A stretch of DNA of 64,000 nucleotides from Nevskiales bacterium. GTDB taxonomy: Bacteria; Pseudomonadota; Gammaproteobacteria; Nevskiales; JBOICV01. Numbering within the stretch: the first letter of the stretch is position 1; the number at the start of each line of letters is the position of its first letter. Below the pieces are notes generated by a model that worked only from the letters and a program-made list of their open reading frames with translations, had not been told where the DNA came from and searched no databases. The stretch spans positions 7,118-71,117 of the forward strand of contig JBOICV010000051.1 of the NCBI GenBank assembly GCA_050740255.1, given 5' to 3'. Shown here piece after piece: positions 35,027 to 44,367 of this stretch. A program made the translations under genes and the position numbers.

Positions 35027-37510
35027 TTAACGCCCACGCGGCTTGGCGCGGGTAGTGGGCAGGGCTTGTGCCGGGTTATCGGGCCAGGGATGTCTCGGAT
35101 AACGCCCCTTCATGTCCTTTTTGACATCCAGATAACCACGCGCCCAAAACCCCGCCAGGTCTTGCGTTACCGCGATGGGCCGGCGCGCGGGTGAGAGCAG
35201 ATGCAGCACGAGCTTGAGGCGACCCTCGTTGACCGTCGGCGTGTCCGTACAGCCAAACATCTCCTGCAGTCTGACTTCCAGTGACGGCGCCTCGGGCGGG
35301 TTGTAGTGCAGCGCGTGGCGCTGACCCGAGGGCACGGCGATATGGGTTGGTGCAAGCCGCGTCAGCGACTGCTGGCGCGGATAGTCCAGTAAGTTGTTCA
35401 GTATGCCGATAAGGTCGAGCTGCGCGAGATGCGCGCGGCGCGTCACGCCATCCAGATAGGGTGCAAGCCAGCGGTCGAGCGCGGCCGGCAGCGTCGCATC
35501 ACCGACCTCCGGCCAGTCTTCCGCCGGCCGCCACGCGCGCAAGCTCATCACCCGGGCCTGCCACTGACGGGCTGCTTCCGTCCAGGGCAGGCAGCTCAAG
35601 CCGAGACTGCGGATGCCTTCCAGCATCGCCGCGCGCGCAGCCTCTCCCGCTTCGCGTAGCGGCCGCGCGCTCAGCACGATGGCGCCCAGCCGCTCCTGTT
35701 CCTGTGCCACGACTGACTCGGACTGCGCGTCCCAATAAACCACGGGTTTGCGCGTAATGCGCGGCGCGTGATCCGCGCGCACTTCGTCCTCGCTCAGCGC
35801 GACGGCCGCACGGATTTTCCGCGGAGGACCCGGGTCCCAGTGCGCAATCGCCAGCCATGGCTCGCGCGCGAGCGGATCGGTCTCGGGCAGGCGCGCTTCA
35901 CCGCCGTCCACGCAAAGAAACGCAGCTTCCTTCTGGCCACGCAGACCGTCGCGGCGCCAGGCGATGCGTTCCGGATAAGCCCAACTCACGATGCGCCCAA
36001 GCGGCGCATCGACCCAATCGGTTTCCGTTTCCTCGACCTGGCGTAAGAGCTGACGCGCTGAATCACGCACGCGCCGCGTCAGGCCAGATTCGGCGCGGCC
36101 CTTACGCACAGCGTTGATCAGCTCGGCCAGATCCGTTGTACCGCTTGAGCGTTCGTCGAGTATCGCGGCAGTCCACGCGGCGGGCGTGGCCAGCCCCTGA
36201 CGCCTTGCCTCCAGCAGCATGTGTGCGCGGCGCGGCATCGCCGGCAGGCGCGCCAATTCCCGGCCATGCGGCGTGATCCGGCCCTGCGGGTCGAGCGCAC
36301 CGAGCGCTTGTAGCAGCTCACGCGCGTAGTTCCAGTTGCTCTCCGGCGGCGCGTCGAGCAAGGCCAGCGCGGACGGGTTTGCATGACCCCAGGCCGCGAG
36401 CTCGAGCACGAAACGCGTCAAATCGGCGGCCAATAGCTCCGGCGTGTCATGCGCCGTCAAACGGCCATGCTGCTCCGCACTCCACAGCCGGTAGCAGACG
36501 CCGGGCGCCAGCCGGCCGGCGCGCCCGGCGCGCTGCTCGGCGCTCGCGCGCGACACGCGTACCGTATCGAGCCGGTTGGCACCGGCGCCTAAATCGAAAC
36601 GCGCCACGCGCACATAACCGCCGTCAACTACCGTGGTCACGCCCTCGACCGTGAGGCTGGTCTGAGCGAGATTGGTCGCCAGAATCACTTTGCGCCGGCC
36701 AGCCGGATCGGGCAGCAAAGCGGCGTCCTGCTCGGTGGCGGCAAGCTCGCCGTATAGCGGATACACACCGATAGCGCGGGCGGCAGCGTACTCATGTGCC
36801 TCCACGCGTCGTTGCGCAGCGCGGATTTCACGCGCGCCCGGCAGGAAGGCCAGAATGTCGCCGTCCGTCTCATCCAGGGCGCGCAATACCGCATTCGCCA
36901 GCGCGCTGTCGAACGGCTCCGCCGCGCGGGGTGTCGCGTAGCGGATATCGACCGGATAAAGCTGACCGCCGGCCTCGACTACCGGCGCGTCACCCAGCAG
37001 TTTGGCGACACGCTGGATGTCGAGCGTGGCGGACATGACCAATACACGCAGGGCGGGAACCAGATTCGCGCGGGCGTCGAGCGTCAGCGCCAGCGCGAGA
37101 TCGGCGTCGAGACTGCGCTCGTGAAACTCGTCAAAGATCACGAGGCCGACACCCGCTAACTCCGGATCGCTTTGCAGGCGGCGCGCCAGCAGACCTTCGG
37201 TCAGCACCTCGATGCGGGTCCGGCTGGAGATGCGCCGCTCAAAACGGATTTGATAGCCGATGGTCTGGCCGACGCTTTCGCCGACCAGGCTCGCCATCCG
37301 CGCCGCGGCGGCGCGCGCCGCCACCCGCCGCGGCTCCAACAGCACAATGCTTTTGCCCTGCAACCACGGTTCCTCAAGCAGGGCCAGCGGGATGGTCGTG
37401 GTCTTGCCTGAACCCGGTGGTGCGGCGAGCACCGCCGCACCCTGCCCGGCCAAAGCCCGGCGCAAATCGAGCAGCGCACGCAGCACCGGATAGTCAGGGA
37501 GTTTCATCAT
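35027..37510 (-). CDS. hrpB: ATP-dependent RNA helicase HrpB
   Basis: DEAH-box motifs (APPGSGKTT, DEFHERS, SATL, QRAGRAGR) and an HrpB-type C-terminal extension. 827 aa. Confidence 0.9.
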   Translation of the reverse strand: MMKLPDYPVLRALLDLRRALAGQGAAVLAAPPGSGKTTTIPLALLEEPWLQGKSIVLLEPRRVAARAAAARMASLVGESVGQTIGYQIRFERRISSRTRIEVLTEGLLARRLQSDPELAGVGLVIFDEFHERSLDADLALALTLDARANLVPALRVLVMSATLDIQRVAKLLGDAPVVEAGGQLYPVDIRYATPRAAEPFDSALANAVLRALDETDGDILAFLPGAREIRAAQRRVEAHEYAAARAIGVYPLYGELAATEQDAALLPDPAGRRKVILATNLAQTSLTVEGVTTVVDGGYVRVARFDLGAGANRLDTVRVSRASAEQRAGRAGRLAPGVCYRLWSAEQHGRLTAHDTPELLAADLTRFVLELAAWGHANPSALALLDAPPESNWNYARELLQALGALDPQGRITPHGRELARLPAMPRRAHMLLEARRQGLATPAAWTAAILDERSSGTTDLAELINAVRKGRAESGLTRRVRDSARQLLRQVEETETDWVDAPLGRIVSWAYPERIAWRRDGLRGQKEAAFLCVDGGEARLPETDPLAREPWLAIAHWDPGPPRKIRAAVALSEDEVRADHAPRITRKPVVYWDAQSESVVAQEQERLGAIVLSARPLREAGEAARAAMLEGIRSLGLSCLPWTEAARQWQARVMSLRAWRPAEDWPEVGDATLPAALDRWLAPYLDGVTRRAHLAQLDLIGILNNLLDYPRQQSLTRLAPTHIAVPSGQRHALHYNPPEAPSLEVRLQEMFGCTDTPTVNEGRLKLVLHLLSPARRPIAVTQDLAGFWARGYLDVKKDMKGRYPRHPWPDNPAQALPTTRAKPRGR

Positions 37511-37555
37511 CCGCTATGTTAGCTTTACAGCGATTTTGCGCTCCGGAACACCATC

Positions 37556-37921
37556 ATGCTGACCCCTATCAATATCGTCATCGCCCTGAATCTGGCTGCC
37601 TTGCTGATTCTCGTCTGGCGTTTCGCGCGTCTGCAGCGGCTCGGCACCGCGCTCGCAGTCGCCGCAGCGCCCATCGTGCCGCCGCCGACCTCGCCACCGG
37701 AACTGGAAGCACTGCTGGCCGAAGGCCGGCGTATGTTGATCAGCATCGAGATCCTCAACCCGATGCAGCTTGCCGCGAAGGAATCCTGGTTTGCGAGCGT
37801 GTTCGGCACGCTCTCGCCGGCTCTGATCAAAAAAATAGTCAACGAACGCACGCAGAAAATGTTGGAAACCCAGCTAAAGGACTATGGCGTCGAAGCGGAC
37901 GTAAGGCTGCACCGTGCTTGA
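37556..37921 (+). CDS. small N-terminally anchored protein, unknown function
   Basis: One N-terminal TM helix (INIVIALNLAALLILVW). First gene of a tightly packed three-gene operon. Confidence 0.55.
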   Translation: MLTPINIVIALNLAALLILVWRFARLQRLGTALAVAAAPIVPPPTSPPELEALLAEGRRMLISIEILNPMQLAAKESWFASVFGTLSPALIKKIVNERTQKMLETQLKDYGVEADVRLHRA

Positions 37922-38360
37922 ACTGATGTTGGCGGCTTGCTGCCTGCTGACTCTGCTGGCTGCAGTTCAGGCGGTGAGTCTGGCGCGTCAGCAGCGCGCG
38001 TTGGCTTTGCAACTGCGCCGCGTCGCCATCCATCAAGCCGAAACCAGGCTGCTGGCTGCAGCCCGCAAGCGGCTCGCCGATGTGCAGGAATTGACCGAAG
38101 CTGCGCTTGCCGGCAGTACCACCGCGGTACGTAGCATTCACCGGGGCATCGCCGCCATTCCCTTCACCATTCTGGAAAACATCCCCGCGACGCGCGACAC
38201 CACCAAGCTGGTGCGCGGCATTCATGACCTCACTGCAGACACGGTGTATGGCGCCATCTCGGCCATTAACCGCGCGCTCGGCAGTCAGCTGCGTCAATCG
38301 CTCAAACCGAACGGGCAGGATGCGCCGGGTTCGGCGCGCCTGCCGCCAAAAGAAGAATAG
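37914..38360 (+). CDS. small Arg-rich helical protein with N-terminal hydrophobic segment, unknown function
   Basis: The GTG start overlaps the upstream stop (GTGCTTGA). 148 aa. Ends 6 nt before the methyltransferase start. Confidence 0.55.
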   Translation: MLELMLAACCLLTLLAAVQAVSLARQQRALALQLRRVAIHQAETRLLAAARKRLADVQELTEAALAGSTTAVRSIHRGIAAIPFTILENIPATRDTTKLVRGIHDLTADTVYGAISAINRALGSQLRQSLKPNGQDAPGSARLPPKEE

Positions 38361-38366
38361 ATACGC

Positions 38367-39317
38367 GTGAGCGAAATCGAATACCAGCGCAAGCTGCTCG
38401 GCGACGGCGTTCGCAATCAGGCCTTTCACGCGGCCTTGCAACGCGTGATCGTACCGGGTGAAACGACACTCGTGGATGTCGGCGCCGGCACTGGCTTTCT
38501 GAGCTTTCTCGCACTTACGCTCGGCGCGCAGCATTGCACGCTGATCGAGTACAGCGACACGCTAAAGCTGGCGCAGGATATTGCCCGCCGCAACCGGCTC
38601 AGCAAGCTGAGTTTCATTCAAAAGCATTCCACTGAAGTAAAAAAGCTTGCTCGGTCGGACGTGGTGCTCTCGGAAACGCTCGGTAACTACGCGCTGGAGG
38701 AAAACCTCATCGAGACGCTCAACGACGCCCAGCGCTTTCTAAAGCCCGGCGGGGTGGTCATCCCCGGCGCCGTGCAGCAGTTCGTCGCGCCGGTGATCAG
38801 CGGCCGGCTACAGAAGGAATTGGATGTGTGGCCGCGGGTAGGTTTCGGCCTCGATCTCGCGCCGGCACGCCAGGTCGCGCTAAATAATATGTACGTGAAA
38901 AGCGTCATGCCGGCGGACATCGGCGGCGATACGGAAGTCGCGCGTTGCTGGGATCGCCTGCTATTCGCTGCGGATCAGGAAGCCCCGGCGAGCCTGCGAC
39001 AGAGCCGGCAGAGCTGGAGCAGCGACGAGCTTCGCGCACGCGGCGCGCAACAGGTATACGGCTATGTGCTCTGGTGGGAAGCGGAGCTGGTGCCCGGCAT
39101 CAGATTAAGTACCTCACCCTTCGCGCCCGCGACCCATTGGGAGCAGGTTTATCTACCCTTGCTCGACGCCGTGGCGCTCGGGCCGAAGCAGCAAATCGAG
39201 CTCACACTGAAATCCGATACGCGGGCAGCTGTGTGCGTTACTTGGCACACACGCCTGCTTAGCGGCGTCCAGTGCTTGCAGGATGTGAAGCAGGATATGG
39301 CGAAAGGCCGGCTGTAG
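38367..39317 (+). CDS. protein arginine N-methyltransferase (PRMT)-like class I SAM methyltransferase
   Basis: Motif I VDVGAGTGFLS. Double-E-loop equivalent LSETLGNYALEE (compare SEWMGYxLxxE). THW-loop equivalent STSPFAPATHWEQ (compare STSPxxxxTHWKQ). A PRMT-like beta-barrel-length C-terminal half. Confidence 0.8.
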   Translation: MSEIEYQRKLLGDGVRNQAFHAALQRVIVPGETTLVDVGAGTGFLSFLALTLGAQHCTLIEYSDTLKLAQDIARRNRLSKLSFIQKHSTEVKKLARSDVVLSETLGNYALEENLIETLNDAQRFLKPGGVVIPGAVQQFVAPVISGRLQKELDVWPRVGFGLDLAPARQVALNNMYVKSVMPADIGGDTEVARCWDRLLFAADQEAPASLRQSRQSWSSDELRARGAQQVYGYVLWWEAELVPGIRLSTSPFAPATHWEQVYLPLLDAVALGPKQQIELTLKSDTRAAVCVTWHTRLLSGVQCLQDVKQDMAKGRL

Positions 39318-39362
39318 TTCCTGCAACGCTGGAAATAAATCGGTTTACCTTGCAGCTCGCGG

Positions 39363-40802
39363 TCAACGCTGGTCGTCGGTGTCGGCGCTGACCGGGTGCC
39401 GCTCCAGCGGTATGCCGCCCTTGATCACGGCACGAATCCGCGACAGCGCATGCAGGTCGGTGCTTGGATCGCCTTCAACCAGCAGCAGGTCAGCCTGTTT
39501 CCCCGCGGCGACGATGCCGAACTCCGGCTCCTTGCCGTTGGCAAGAAAGCGGGCGGCATCCACGGTGGCGGCTCGGATCGCCTCGGCGGGTGTCAATCCA
39601 GCCTCGGTGAGCAGATGCAACTCGCGGTGTAGCCCGGGGCCCGGGAACATACCCGTCTGCGTATCGCTTCCGGCAAGAATCGTGACTCCGGCGGCGTGCA
39701 GGCGCCGCACATTGTCGCGCCACGCGGGCCGCAGTGGCCGCAGCATTTCCAGGAAGGGGCGGAAGTATTCAAGATTCTTGGCCTTCGGCACATGGTTGAA
39801 TGCGGCAAGAACCTCGGCCGACACGGTCTCGCGTTCGAGCGGCGTTGGCTCGCGCGGGCCCTGTCCGAGCAATGCGTGGCTGTCGAATACAGCCATGGTC
39901 GCCACCATCGGAATCCGGTAGCCGGCGAGCCGTGCGATCTGGCCGTCCGGGATCCGCTCCTTGTAAACGCCATGTACCCAGAGCGCGACTCCGGCATCGG
40001 CGGCGTCGATGGCGTCTTCCACCGACCCGATGTGCGCCACCGCACGCAGGCCGCGCTGCCTGGCTTCGTCCACTGCCGCGGCCACGACCTCGCGGCTAAT
40101 ACGCGGCGCCTGATCAGGGATGTGATCCACCGACAGCTTGATGACATCGGCGCCGAGCCCGGCGATTTCCTGCACCGCGGCCCGCGCCTGTTCGGCGGTG
40201 TCCACCTGTCGCGTGAAGCGCGGGATCAGATACCAGCGGATCCACCACGGCGCGAGGTATTCGAGAAGGGCCACCGGATGCCCGCCGGTAGCGGTCACCA
40301 TTGGCCCGGCGGCAAAAATCCGCGGCCCTAGCAGTTCGCCGGACATCACCTGCGCGCGACGCTTGAAGGCTTGGCTCGAGAGATCGGCCGGGTCGAGGAC
40401 GGTGGTCACACCGCAGTAGAGGTAGGAGAGCATATTGCGCTCGGGATCCGGCAATTCGCCCACCCAGCTGGGCGCCGATGCGTTGCCGAGGTGGCCATGC
40501 ATGTCGATCAGCCCCGGCAGCAGCGTCGCGCCGCTACCGTCTATTTCAAGCGCGCCGGCCGGGGCCCTGGCTTGGCCCACCGGCGTCACGGCCGCAATCC
40601 GATCTCCCGCCAGGAGCACGTCACGATTCGACGTCACGGCGCCGCTTTCGACGTTCAGCACCGCCACGTTCTTGATCAACACCGCCGACGGCTTTACCGA
40701 CGGCGGCTGCACCAGTTCCGGCCCTTGGTCGCCGCAGGCGCTGACTAGCAGCGTCGCGGCGATCACAGCCAAAGCCATTGCTGTTGCGTGGTATCCCTTC
40801 AT
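39363..40802 (-). CDS. periplasmic amidohydrolase-family metallohydrolase (lipoprotein)
   Basis: Lipobox LLVSAC. PGLIDMHGHL metal-binding HxH motif. Amidohydrolase C-terminal blocks. Confidence 0.85.
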   Translation of the reverse strand: MKGYHATAMALAVIAATLLVSACGDQGPELVQPPSVKPSAVLIKNVAVLNVESGAVTSNRDVLLAGDRIAAVTPVGQARAPAGALEIDGSGATLLPGLIDMHGHLGNASAPSWVGELPDPERNMLSYLYCGVTTVLDPADLSSQAFKRRAQVMSGELLGPRIFAAGPMVTATGGHPVALLEYLAPWWIRWYLIPRFTRQVDTAEQARAAVQEIAGLGADVIKLSVDHIPDQAPRISREVVAAAVDEARQRGLRAVAHIGSVEDAIDAADAGVALWVHGVYKERIPDGQIARLAGYRIPMVATMAVFDSHALLGQGPREPTPLERETVSAEVLAAFNHVPKAKNLEYFRPFLEMLRPLRPAWRDNVRRLHAAGVTILAGSDTQTGMFPGPGLHRELHLLTEAGLTPAEAIRAATVDAARFLANGKEPEFGIVAAGKQADLLLVEGDPSTDLHALSRIRAVIKGGIPLERHPVSADTDDQR

Positions 40803-40903
40803 GGTGATCTCTCCCTGTTTTGCTGATTCACGTTAGTTATTCTTGGCGCGGCCAATGTCAGAACGGGCGCCGGTGGCGGCGGCAACGCGATGGCTGAGCG
40901 ATT

Positions 40904-42277
40904 TCACGCCGCAATCCCGCATGCGGTCTCAAGCTCGGCGAGCGCGTGCTCGGTGAAATCCAGCAGGCGCTGCATGCTGGGTATGGACCGCCGGCAGGCG
41001 GTGTAGCCGAAAGCCACCTGGTCGCAATAGCTGGTCAGAGTGATGTTGAGCGCCTGACCGTCAATCGGAATCGAAACCGGATAGCTCTCCTCCAGCCGCG
41101 CGCCGTTCCAGTACAGCGGCCTGGTGGGGCCCGGGACATTGGAAATCACCACGTTGAACGCCGGTCGGATGCGATCAAAGCCGATCAAGGAGGTGGCGAA
41201 CATCGGGCTGAGCGCGGCTGCGGAATAACCCATCTGTTCCAAACGGCTCATCTGCGACATGCGCTCTTTGGCGCGCTGAGTTGAAGCCACGATCGTTTCC
41301 AGCCGCTGCGCGGGGTCTTCGATCTGGCTGCCCAGGTTGGCCAGGATCACCGCGACCTGGTTGCCGCCTTCCGGCCCATCCGCTGCACGTACTGAAACCG
41401 GCACCATCGAGATCAATGCTTGCTCAGGCAGCGCATTGTGCGCGATCAGATATTCGCGCAGGGCCCCGGCACACATGGCCAGCGCCACATCGTTGACGGT
41501 CGCCCCGGCCGCTTTGCCGACCTTCTTGATGCGCGCCAGGGAGAAGGATTGCGCGGCGAAGCGGCGTGAGCTGCTGATGCGCACGTTGAACATCGTCGGC
41601 GGTGCCTGGTAGGGCGTCGCATCGGTTAAATCGTGCCGGCTTTTACGCAGCAAATCCTTCAGGCCGCGCGCCGCGCCGGGGATGATCCGGTAGTTGACTC
41701 CGAGGGTTTTCACGAGCGCATTGAGCGGGCTGCCCGGATCCGCCAGTACGACGTCGTCTTGCTCGCGCTTAGCCCTCGGCCTGGCCCAGGGCGGGGGCAT
41801 ATCGCGTTCACCGGGGTCCTCGCTAAGCGCCTTGCGCGCTTCGCGCGTTGCAGCCACCCCATCGAACATGGCGTGATGCACCTTGGAGAAAATGGCGAAG
41901 CGTCCATCGTGCAGCCCCTCGATCACATTGGTTTCCCACAGCGGGCGGCTGCGATCCATGAGACTGCCGTGCAGGCGCGAAGTCATCGCCAGCAGCTCGC
42001 GGATACGGCCGGGCTGCGGCAGCGCGAGGTGCCGGAAGTGATGATCCAGATCGAACTGCTCGTCTTCCCGCCACAACCAGCTGCCGCGGAATACCAGACG
42101 CTGGTTATAGGGTGTCAGCGGCGCCTGATGAACGCGCATCTTCTCGACCAGCTGGCCGACGAACTCGGACGATGCTCCTGCGGGCAGGCTGAAAAGTTGC
42201 AGGCCGGCAACATGCATCGGCTGACGCCGGTGTTCCGCAATCAGAAACATGGCATCCATGGGGGACAAGGCTTTCAT
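40904..42277 (-). CDS. wax ester synthase / diacylglycerol acyltransferase (WS/DGAT)
   Basis: Catalytic HHAMFDG (HHxxxDG). N-terminal LSPMDAMFL. 457 aa. Confidence 0.9.
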   Translation of the reverse strand: MKALSPMDAMFLIAEHRRQPMHVAGLQLFSLPAGASSEFVGQLVEKMRVHQAPLTPYNQRLVFRGSWLWREDEQFDLDHHFRHLALPQPGRIRELLAMTSRLHGSLMDRSRPLWETNVIEGLHDGRFAIFSKVHHAMFDGVAATREARKALSEDPGERDMPPPWARPRAKREQDDVVLADPGSPLNALVKTLGVNYRIIPGAARGLKDLLRKSRHDLTDATPYQAPPTMFNVRISSSRRFAAQSFSLARIKKVGKAAGATVNDVALAMCAGALREYLIAHNALPEQALISMVPVSVRAADGPEGGNQVAVILANLGSQIEDPAQRLETIVASTQRAKERMSQMSRLEQMGYSAAALSPMFATSLIGFDRIRPAFNVVISNVPGPTRPLYWNGARLEESYPVSIPIDGQALNITLTSYCDQVAFGYTACRRSIPSMQRLLDFTEHALAELETACGIAA

Positions 42278-42293
42278 AGCGATTCCTGTTGGC

Positions 42294-43286
42294 TCAGCTC
42301 TTTATGTGGCCGGTCTGCTTAAACCAAGCCAGCGCGCGGCGGATGGCATCGTCCAGAGAGGTTTGTACGCGAAAACCCAGCTCGCGCTCGGCCTTGGCGC
42401 CGCTGAGAAACTGGCCCGCCGACATCACAGCGATCGCGGTCGCATCCACCTTCGGCAGCGGTCCCTTCAGACATTTGTAGCGCAGCGCCTGCACCGAGGC
42501 AACCACCCTCGCCACCGGCAAGGGGATCGCGCGCGGCGCCGGTACTCCGGCGAGTTGCGCGATTCTGGCCACCAGCTCGTCCATCGTCACGTTGCTGCCG
42601 GTGAGCAGATAACGTTCACCTGCTCGCCCGTCTTCGCAAACCCGCACCAGGCCAATACCTGCATCGCCGGCATAGATCACGTTACGTTTACCCTTCACAT
42701 AGCCCGGCAAACTGCGGTTGGCGATCTCCACGATCAAGCGCCCGGTGGTTGAGCCGGGGTCGTAGTCACCGAAGCTCATCGTCGGAATACCGATCACCAC
42801 CGGCAGGCCGTCCTGCGCCTTGCGCCGCGCCTGCGCGTCCATCGCCCACTTCACTTGCAGGTAAGAGTTCTTGTTAGCCGGCGCTTCGGTGTACTCCAGT
42901 GTTTCATCGCCCGGCTCCCCGCTCGGATGCCGCCGCAGCGCGATGGCGCCGCCCAGGTAAACGATTTTCTTTAGCGAGTGCCGTGCGCAGGCCGCGTAAA
43001 AGTGATCCATCTGCGTGAGCGCGGTGGCGACTTCCTCCCGCCAAGGGCGCGGCACCGTGGGGTAGTAAGCCGCGCAGTTGATGACCGCTTCGGCGCCATC
43101 CAGCGCTTGCGCCAGTGCATCCGTGTCGTTCAGGTCGGCCACCACCGAGCGGAATTTCAAATCGGCCAGCGGCTGCAAATTGCTGGAGGCGCGACGGATC
43201 ACGATCAACTCGTGTCCGCGTGCCAGCGCCGCGCGCGCGGCGTGCTGGCCCAGCAAGCCGGTGGCCCCAAGAACGGCAATACGCAT
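42294..43286 (-). CDS. NAD-dependent epimerase/dehydratase-family reductase (SDR)
   Basis: GATGLLG Rossmann motif. 330 aa. Lies 16 nt upstream of, and co-oriented with, the WS/DGAT gene. Confidence 0.85.
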   Translation of the reverse strand: MRIAVLGATGLLGQHAARAALARGHELIVIRRASSNLQPLADLKFRSVVADLNDTDALAQALDGAEAVINCAAYYPTVPRPWREEVATALTQMDHFYAACARHSLKKIVYLGGAIALRRHPSGEPGDETLEYTEAPANKNSYLQVKWAMDAQARRKAQDGLPVVIGIPTMSFGDYDPGSTTGRLIVEIANRSLPGYVKGKRNVIYAGDAGIGLVRVCEDGRAGERYLLTGSNVTMDELVARIAQLAGVPAPRAIPLPVARVVASVQALRYKCLKGPLPKVDATAIAVMSAGQFLSGAKAERELGFRVQTSLDDAIRRALAWFKQTGHIKS

Positions 43287-43338
43287 AATTTTTTCTCCGA
43301 ATTTGTAGCGCGCTATCCGCCGCGACTATCATCCCCGT

Positions 43339-44241
43339 ATGTACGAGCACGATCATCATAGCCACGATTCCAGCACCGAGCAGGCGCTGACCCGCGCGCT
43401 GCTGTTCACGCTCGGCTTTGCAGTGGTGGAAGGCGTGGTTGGCTATTGGGCCGGCTCGCTGGCGCTGCTCAGCGACGCGGGCCACATGTTCACCGATGCC
43501 AGCAGTCTGGCGCTCGCCGCGCTGGCCGCCCATATCGCGCGCCAGCCGGCCAGCCGCCGTCACAGCTGGGGCATGGGCAGGGCCGAGGTTTTGGCGGCGC
43601 TGATTAATGCTTTGCTGATGCTGGCGATTGTTGCAGGTGTGGTGTACGGCGCGATTCTGCGCCTGCAGCAGCCGGTGCCGGTCAACGGCGGCGCGGTATT
43701 TGTAGTCGCGGCATTGGGCCTGGCCCTGAATCTGCTGGTGTTACGCACCCTGACGCACAGCCACCAGACGCTTAACACCCGCGGCGCGATTCTGCATGTA
43801 CTCGGTGACGCGCTGGGCTCAGTCGCGGCGCTAGGCTCAGGCGTCGTGATCATGCTCACCGGCTGGACGCCGATAGACCCGATTCTGTCGCTGGTGATCT
43901 GCGGCTTGATTCTGACCTCTGCCTTGCGGCTGTTGCGCGAGGGCTTGCACGTCGTGATGGAAGGGGTGCCGCGGCATCTCAGCCTGGAGGAGATCGGCAA
44001 GACCATGGCGCAGGTGCCGGGCGTGACCGCGGTGCATGACTTGCATGTCTGGCAAGTCAATTCGGACCGCATCGCGCTGTCGGCGCACGTGGTGCTGCGC
44101 CGGATGGAGGATTGGCTCGCGGTTCTGGCAGAACTCAACCGCCGCCTGAAACAGGACTACGGGATTGATCACGCGACGTTGCAACCGGAACCATTGCCAA
44201 CAGTGCCGCTGCCGATGCCCGGTGCGGCGCACCGCAGTTAA
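43339..44241 (+). CDS. cation diffusion facilitator (CzcD/ZitB-like) transporter
   Basis: His-rich N-terminus (HDHHSHD). TM2/TM5 motifs LLSDAGHMFTD and HVLGDALGS. C-terminal cytoplasmic domain. Confidence 0.9.
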   Translation: MYEHDHHSHDSSTEQALTRALLFTLGFAVVEGVVGYWAGSLALLSDAGHMFTDASSLALAALAAHIARQPASRRHSWGMGRAEVLAALINALLMLAIVAGVVYGAILRLQQPVPVNGGAVFVVAALGLALNLLVLRTLTHSHQTLNTRGAILHVLGDALGSVAALGSGVVIMLTGWTPIDPILSLVICGLILTSALRLLREGLHVVMEGVPRHLSLEEIGKTMAQVPGVTAVHDLHVWQVNSDRIALSAHVVLRRMEDWLAVLAELNRRLKQDYGIDHATLQPEPLPTVPLPMPGAAHRS

Positions 44242-44264
44242 CTAAGAAAGCGGCAGGTCTCCAC

Positions 44265-44342
44265 CCGTTCGCCCTGAGGTATCGAAGGGCGAACCGACAG
44301 GAGAGCGCGCCGTTCGATGCTTCGATACCTCAGCACGAACGG
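44265..44342. repeat. REP-like imperfect inverted repeat (family B)
   Basis: ccgttcgccctgaggtatcgaagg (44265-44288) against the reverse complement of gcttcgatacctcagcacgaacgg (44319-44342). Intergenic, after the CDF gene. Confidence 0.6.
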
Positions 44343-44367
44343 AACGTATGCCCGCTGCCAACGACTG

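Noticed and set aside
39241-39257. TGGCAC-N5-CTGCT, a sigma54-like motif
   Set aside because: The -12 element is imperfect. The motif lies inside the 3' end of the PRMT-like CDS, with only a convergent gene downstream and no nearby activator boxes.
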